Source: a virus
Taxonomy: Duplodnaviria > Caudoviricetes
Virus record (IMG/VR): IMGVR_UViG_3300009158_002556
Coordinates: 16,927-80,926 of that record
Strand: one strand, 5' to 3'
DNA: 64,000 nt
Shown: one piece after another, positions 59,333 to 64,000 of the stretch
Position numbering within the stretch: position 1 is the stretch's first letter
Layout of the letters: every line of letters begins with the position of its first letter
Translations under genes and position numbers: made by a program
Notes under the pieces: generated by a model
Seen by the model: the letters and a program-made list of their open reading frames with translations, nothing else
Database searches by the model: none
What the model was told of the DNA's origin: nothing

Positions 59333-61463
59333 CACTTTCTACCATCTTTTTATTAAGAGTAGAAACAATCTGATTTAAATTGTTAAAGTTAATAAAATTA
59401 CTATCTTTACCATACATAATTTTGAACAAAGCACCATATTCAGTTGAGTTTATTGGTCCTGCATATTCGGTTACAAAATATGAAATAACCTTGTATCCTG
59501 ATGTAATAATCTTCTGCACTTGTTTACGAGTGTGTTGTGCAGCACTAGCACCAGTATATGAAACATTTGATGTTGATGTAACAATATTAAAACATGGTTC
59601 TCCATCACTAATATTGATAAAGTAGTTTTCACTATTCACATCACACTTTGGCAAATGCTTCATAATAGCTTCATAACACAATCCTTCTGGAGTAGTACCA
59701 CTAGTTAAAATATATGGAAACAAATTTCTAATCTTAGAAAACTTATCCTTACGAGAATCATAAGCCATAACTACATATGGATTTTTACCATAAGTACTAC
59801 GAATACTGATACTCACATTAATATTTTCAAGCATAGTAGCTGCCTTTGCAATAGTGGTACACAACTTGATAGTATTATTCCACTTCTGACCAGACATACT
59901 AGAACTAGCATCCAAGCTAATATGAAAATTCATGCTCTTGTACTTATGTACAGCCGTAGTGTAAAATATATTTTCTACACCCGCACCGATTTCATGTAAA
60001 ATACGCTTGTCAATCTTACCAGTTTGACGACGACTAAACTTATCTACATTAATTTCATTACGAAACTGAATTCGTTTTGCTAGCTTAACTCCCATAACAA
60101 TACCCATATTGATATGCTTTTGAAGTTCAATATCTAGATGAGCTTCAGTCTCATTTGTTGATTTAAGATGTTTAGAATAATATGAATTATACACAACCTT
60201 CTTCAGAGGAAACTCGGATGAATCAATCAACTCACGGGTTAGATTCTTCACAACAATGCACTCAACAGCACCAGTGCCACCATAGTTACGAACATAATCT
60301 TGAGCAACATCTAAGATTTCAACTTGACTCTTTTCCAAAACATCAAGCAAATTTTTTTCTTTCTTGGAAACCTTTTTCTTTACAATCTTACCATTTAAGA
60401 AATCCTTCTGTTTAGAAAAAGCCTTATCGATCTTATTCTGTTTGGTCTTGCTTACATTTGGATCCTTGCCAATATTCTTGTTTGGGTCTTCTTGACTGGT
60501 TATGGATGTAGAATTACCTCCAAAAATATCATCTGTATTAGAAGCATTTGAATTTGATGATGAATCTGATGAATCACCCATAGCAACTGGGGTTGACGAA
60601 TTGTTATTATCATCGGTGTTAGGAGTGCCATTTGGATCGGGTGTACCATCTCCATCATTATTCTGATTAGATGGACCATTTTGTTTGACATCAGATCCCT
60701 GTTTGATATTAGAAAATGCAATTTCTGCAATCTTAAATGCAAGATCATAACGACTTTTTGCAGAGTCCAAACGAACAATATTACTCAAATCGAGTAGTTT
60801 AGCAATATCATACAATCCAGGCAAAGCATTTAGATCGGTATTAACATTGGTCAAATTAATAATACGATAAGAATATGACTCAGTTGTTGGTGTACAATAT
60901 AGTTTGCTATTCAAACCATCATCGATAACCTTGCTGTTAAAGTACTTATCGTAAAGTGACTGATAATAACCACGATAACCAGGAGCAGACTTATAGATAC
61001 AATAATCGATAAATCTATCTTCAATGTAATTAAAAGTCATCTTACAAAACTCAGCAACCTCTTCCTTTGAAATGTTCAAAGGTTCAGTTAGATTGTAAAT
61101 ACTACGAGGAACATTGCTATACAGATCCTTGTATAATTGCATGTCGCTATAAACAATATGACTAGCTTCATGTAGTGCCAATCCGACAGCTACATCAAAA
61201 TTATTCTTGTTGTTTACATCACTACCGATATAAACCACTTCACCATCGGTGCAACTCACATTACGATCATTAAACATTACTGGAATAGATTTACCAGTAA
61301 GAATGGTAACGTAATTTGAAATTGCACGGCGAGCAGACGACAACCTAATGAGATCAGCAGTAGCTTGAGTATCAGATGATGATACATCTACCATATCCGA
61401 ATCATCGCTGAAATCCCAATCGATGTCATAATCTTTAAGCCAAAAGTCGCTGTAGTTACTCAT
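59322..61463 (-). CDS. HExxH + VWA domain protein (MoxR partner, CobT-like architecture)
   Basis: ALHEASH, EDRFI, an Asp/Asn/Ser-rich linker, MIDAS LDASSSMSG, GTTP and ISDGEP. Confidence 0.85.
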   Translation of the reverse strand: MSNYSDFWLKDYDIDWDFSDDSDMVDVSSSDTQATADLIRLSSARRAISNYVTILTGKSIPVMFNDRNVSCTDGEVVYIGSDVNNKNNFDVAVGLALHEASHIVYSDMQLYKDLYSNVPRSIYNLTEPLNISKEEVAEFCKMTFNYIEDRFIDYCIYKSAPGYRGYYQSLYDKYFNSKVIDDGLNSKLYCTPTTESYSYRIINLTNVNTDLNALPGLYDIAKLLDLSNIVRLDSAKSRYDLAFKIAEIAFSNIKQGSDVKQNGPSNQNNDGDGTPDPNGTPNTDDNNNSSTPVAMGDSSDSSSNSNASNTDDIFGGNSTSITSQEDPNKNIGKDPNVSKTKQNKIDKAFSKQKDFLNGKIVKKKVSKKEKNLLDVLEKSQVEILDVAQDYVRNYGGTGAVECIVVKNLTRELIDSSEFPLKKVVYNSYYSKHLKSTNETEAHLDIELQKHINMGIVMGVKLAKRIQFRNEINVDKFSRRQTGKIDKRILHEIGAGVENIFYTTAVHKYKSMNFHISLDASSSMSGQKWNNTIKLCTTIAKAATMLENINVSISIRSTYGKNPYVVMAYDSRKDKFSKIRNLFPYILTSGTTPEGLCYEAIMKHLPKCDVNSENYFINISDGEPCFNIVTSTSNVSYTGASAAQHTRKQVQKIITSGYKVISYFVTEYAGPINSTEYGALFKIMYGKDSNFINFNNLNQIVSTLNKKMVESVDR

Positions 61464-61496
61464 ACTATGTTGTCGTCTATTGTTATTGTTTATTTA

Positions 61497-62471
61497 TTAG
61501 AAAGGAGGCTGCTCAGTCTTTACAGGATCATTGAACAACGTCGCCTTTGTTTCGATCTTTACATACTTCTGTACTAGCTGACGTAGATAGGTCCGTTCAC
61601 TATCCACGCCACCATCTTCACTAAAGTTAGGATATATCGTGGTCTCGGCGATTTCAAGCAAATTAAATCCATCAACGATCAATTCTGCAATTTCCACAGT
61701 GGTACGAGTTGGAATAAAGTTGGTTAATTTGCTGTCATCTTGTTTGATCTGCTTACGGGTATGATCAGCAATTTCACAAATAGCTTTGAGAATCTCAAGA
61801 TGTGAATCATCCGTCAGTTTAAAACGACTCTTAAGTAGATTAAACTCAACGTCCTTGTCAAGAGGAGTCATTTCAATCTTGACTGGAAAACGTGAAAGTA
61901 GAGCACGATCCATTACACGGGTAGCGGTATATTCGTTACCTATGTTAGCGGTGGCGATAAAGGTAACACCTTCAGCAACCTTAACAATCTCACAATCTTC
62001 CTTTTCATCCAAACGAAGATAACGTTGTAGATCGTCTAACACAGTCATTAGAATATTTACACCATCGTGATGACTACGAGAAATTTCGTCAAGAAGAATA
62101 ATAGCATTTGGAGTACGAATAGCTTTAATGAAGGTTGACTCCTTGAATAAAGTACCAGTGTTCTTGTCGAAGTGAGTATTACCAATCAAAGCACTACGAG
62201 CATCCTGCGTAGCACCAAGATTGAAATAGAAAAACTTTTCTTCCTTATTTAGGACGTTAGCAATAGTTTGCGCAGCGAGAGTCTTGCCACATCCGGTAGG
62301 ACCAAGAAGTAGAATGTTCTTGCCACGAATAGCAGAACGTACCATGTACTTCCACTTGACATCATCCATAATCAACGAAGATGGACGAAGGTTGATACAA
62401 GTATTGAGATATGACTTGATATCAAAATCAGCTGCGGTTGTCAGGTTAGCGGTATTTTTCGAATTTTTCAT
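61497..62471 (-). CDS. MoxR-family AAA+ ATPase (CbbQ/NorQ/CobS-like)
   Basis: GPTGCGKT, LLDEISR, IATANIG and DRALLSRF. Confidence 0.92.
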   Translation of the reverse strand: MKNSKNTANLTTAADFDIKSYLNTCINLRPSSLIMDDVKWKYMVRSAIRGKNILLLGPTGCGKTLAAQTIANVLNKEEKFFYFNLGATQDARSALIGNTHFDKNTGTLFKESTFIKAIRTPNAIILLDEISRSHHDGVNILMTVLDDLQRYLRLDEKEDCEIVKVAEGVTFIATANIGNEYTATRVMDRALLSRFPVKIEMTPLDKDVEFNLLKSRFKLTDDSHLEILKAICEIADHTRKQIKQDDSKLTNFIPTRTTVEIAELIVDGFNLLEIAETTIYPNFSEDGGVDSERTYLRQLVQKYVKIETKATLFNDPVKTEQPPF

Positions 62472-62495
62472 ATTGAATGTCTCTTAACTACAATC

Positions 62496-62523
62496 AGTCT
62501 ACCACCACTTTTTTGAATGTCAA
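62496..62523 (-). promoter_or_regulatory. sigma70-type promoter for the MoxR-VWA pair
   Basis: TTGACA-N16-TAGACT with TGG; same boxes as the promoter at 59305-59332. Confidence 0.75.
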
Positions 62524-62530
62524 CGGTCCA

Positions 62531-62560
62531 AATAAAAAAACCACCAAAAAATGGTGGTTT
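62531..62560 (-). terminator. rho-independent terminator
   Basis: AAACCACCA-5 nt-TGGTGGTTT hairpin followed by a T run on the minus strand, just after the 62585..62926 stop. Confidence 0.75.
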
Positions 62561-62584
62561 GAGTTTATATTTAAAATGATACTA

Positions 62585-62926
62585 TCAATGATGATGGTGA
62601 TGATAATGATGCACTGGACGACCCCAACCACCATATACAACAACTACTGGTTGTGGTTGTACATATACTACAGGTTGAGGTTGTACTACTACAGGTTGTA
62701 CATAAACCACTGGCTGTGGTTGAACATACACTACAGGTTGTGTATAAACCACTGGTTGTGGTTGTACATATACAACTTGTGTTGGGGGATTTACAATTCG
62801 ATCAATAACGTGAATTACTGCGACTCCAGTCAATACTTTACCAACCGTAGCCCATTCTCTATCTCCAGCAAATGTTTGAGAAGCTAGAGTTGCACTCAAT
62901 GCGGCGATAGTAATTAATTTTGTCAT
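62585..62926 (-). CDS. exported Val/Pro/Gln-repeat protein with poly-His C-terminus
   Basis: Signal-peptide-like N-terminus, VVYVQPQP repeats, ends HHYHHHHH; own promoter and terminator. Confidence 0.8.
   Translation of the reverse strand: MTKLITIAALSATLASQTFAGDREWATVGKVLTGVAVIHVIDRIVNPPTQVVYVQPQPVVYTQPVVYVQPQPVVYVQPVVVQPQPVVYVQPQPVVVVYGGWGRPVHHYHHHHH
62648..62776 (-). repeat. about six tandem VVY(V/T)QP(QP) coding repeats
   Basis: Units of 18-24 bp visible in both DNA and protein. Confidence 0.85.
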
Positions 62927-62952
62927 ATTTATCCTTTTTTAGGTATACCCTT

Positions 62953-62981
62953 ATAGTATACCAAATTTAAAAAATTGTCAA
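62953..62981 (-). promoter_or_regulatory. sigma70-type promoter
   Basis: TTGACA-N17-TACTAT (or N15-TATACT), then AAAGGA before the ATG. Confidence 0.65.
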
Positions 62982-63626
62982 CTACTTCTTTTTAGCTTTA
63001 CCACCCTTGGTATATTTAATAACTAACTTCTGTAAATTCTTTGGTAGAGTTGGTGGTGTATAGCTTGGCTTTGGACTCTTGTGTTGAACTTGAGTTTCAA
63101 ACTTACCAACCGCACGCATTGGTTGATCTGGGTTATCTTTCTCATCGTTCATGTTCTTAGCCTTAATGTTCTTGACCACCTTGTTGTTCTTTTCTGGATC
63201 AACTAGATTTTGTTCTCCAGCTGCTTTATCGGCCTTCTTACCACCTTCTTTATCTTTACTATTTTCTACATTACGTTCGTAAGCAGCATCTACGTAGTTT
63301 AAATCTTTAGACGCTAAATATTCTTTTACGAATTTCTTAACATCGTCAAATTTCATGAAAAGCTTCTTGGTTCTATCAGTAGAGTCTTTAAATGCTTGTA
63401 CATCGCAAATACCATGTTCTATTGGTCTAATACTAATATGATATGGTTCACAATCACATATATTGTAATTGCCAGCATCGTCGAGTTCAATAGGTTTCTT
63501 GATTTCTTTTGATAATTCGTCGATTAAATCATTCCAAGAAGACGGAGCATTTGTATATTTTTGCTCCAATGTTTCTTTTACCAGTTTATTGACTAATTCT
63601 TTAGAAGACTTCATATTAATATACAT
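62982..63626 (-). CDS. hypothetical protein
   Basis: Charged 214-aa ORF; likely start MKSS (63614). Confidence 0.7.
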   Translation of the reverse strand: MYINMKSSKELVNKLVKETLEQKYTNAPSSWNDLIDELSKEIKKPIELDDAGNYNICDCEPYHISIRPIEHGICDVQAFKDSTDRTKKLFMKFDDVKKFVKEYLASKDLNYVDAAYERNVENSKDKEGGKKADKAAGEQNLVDPEKNNKVVKNIKAKNMNDEKDNPDQPMRAVGKFETQVQHKSPKPSYTPPTLPKNLQKLVIKYTKGGKAKKK

Positions 63627-63651
63627 ATAAATAGTATTTGATAGTCAATTA

Positions 63652-64000
63652 TTAATCTTTTTTATCATCTAATATTTCTATATGTCCAATGTACCCATGA
63701 TTATCATTTCTGGTGGCCACTGCTTTAACATTGTATATAGTACCTTCTCTATCAATCATTCTGTATATACTAACACTACTTCTTTCATCTTTAACAGATC
63801 TGGCCCATTCTTTTTCAACCATTTCCAAATCTTCACTAAAAATGCCATTTTTCCACCCATTGCCTAAGAAATAATCCACATCGTGTTTTAATAATTGACA
63901 ATATTTTTCATTTACCCACGTACATTTACCTTCAGTGTCACATTCAAATATTGGTTCCGGCCTATTATCTAACATCCATTTTTGTCGTGTACATATAGTC
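63652..64000 (-). CDS. PAS-domain protein, 5' partial
   Basis: IFECDTEGKCTWVNEKYCQLL...GNGW...IFSEDLE...YRMIDREG; the frame stays open to the window end (TICTRQKW-MLDN). Confidence 0.8.
   Translation of the reverse strand, partial: TICTRQKWMLDNRPEPIFECDTEGKCTWVNEKYCQLLKHDVDYFLGNGWKNGIFSEDLEMVEKEWARSVKDERSSVSIYRMIDREGTIYNVKAVATRNDNHGYIGHIEILDDKKD

Noticed and set aside
62477-62887. 136-aa plus-strand ORF with WLWLYIY repeats
   Set aside because: It is the antisense shadow of the repeat gene at 62585..62926 and runs across its terminator and the MoxR promoter.
1658-63867. Short ORFs nested in or antisense to larger genes (for example 2180, 5132, 5687, 25115, 32582, 46252, 53056, 60182)
   Set aside because: They fully overlap well-supported genes and show no motifs or expression signals.
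1-64000. Bacterial capsule/LPS locus or giant eukaryotic virus origin
   Set aside because: T4-like gp43/gp45/gp44/gp62 and dNMP kinase with sigma70 promoters indicate a tailed phage; there are no export or polymerase genes typical of bacterial glycan loci.
1-64000. Stop-codon reassignment as in some large phages
   Set aside because: Core genes are full length in the standard code, and TAA, TGA and TAG all end genes at sensible places.

Overview
AT-rich, gene-dense segment of a large T4-like tailed-phage genome in the standard genetic code; both ends cut through genes. Core genes: family B DNA polymerase, gp45-like sliding clamp, gp44- and gp62-like clamp-loader subunits, SNF2-like helicase, Cas4-like nuclease, dUTPase, dNMP kinase, UvsE and a MoxR AAA+/VWA pair. 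About 60% of the window is a soluble glycan-synthesis complement: about 20 glycosyltransferase-like ORFs, 7 SAM methyltransferases, Gmd plus a ColD-type dehydratase, a LicD-cytidylyltransferase fusion, an AsnB-like amidotransferase, a short NDP-sugar dehydrogenase, and a four-gene cupin/nucleotidyltransferase/kinase + AroE-like + GatZ-like + HAD module of unknown product. The most striking single feature is a phage IscU Fe-S scaffold interrupted by an HNH-bearing intein exactly at its first cluster-ligating cysteine. No tRNA, rRNA or CRISPR array was recognised. All family calls come from motif recognition by eye, not database searches.
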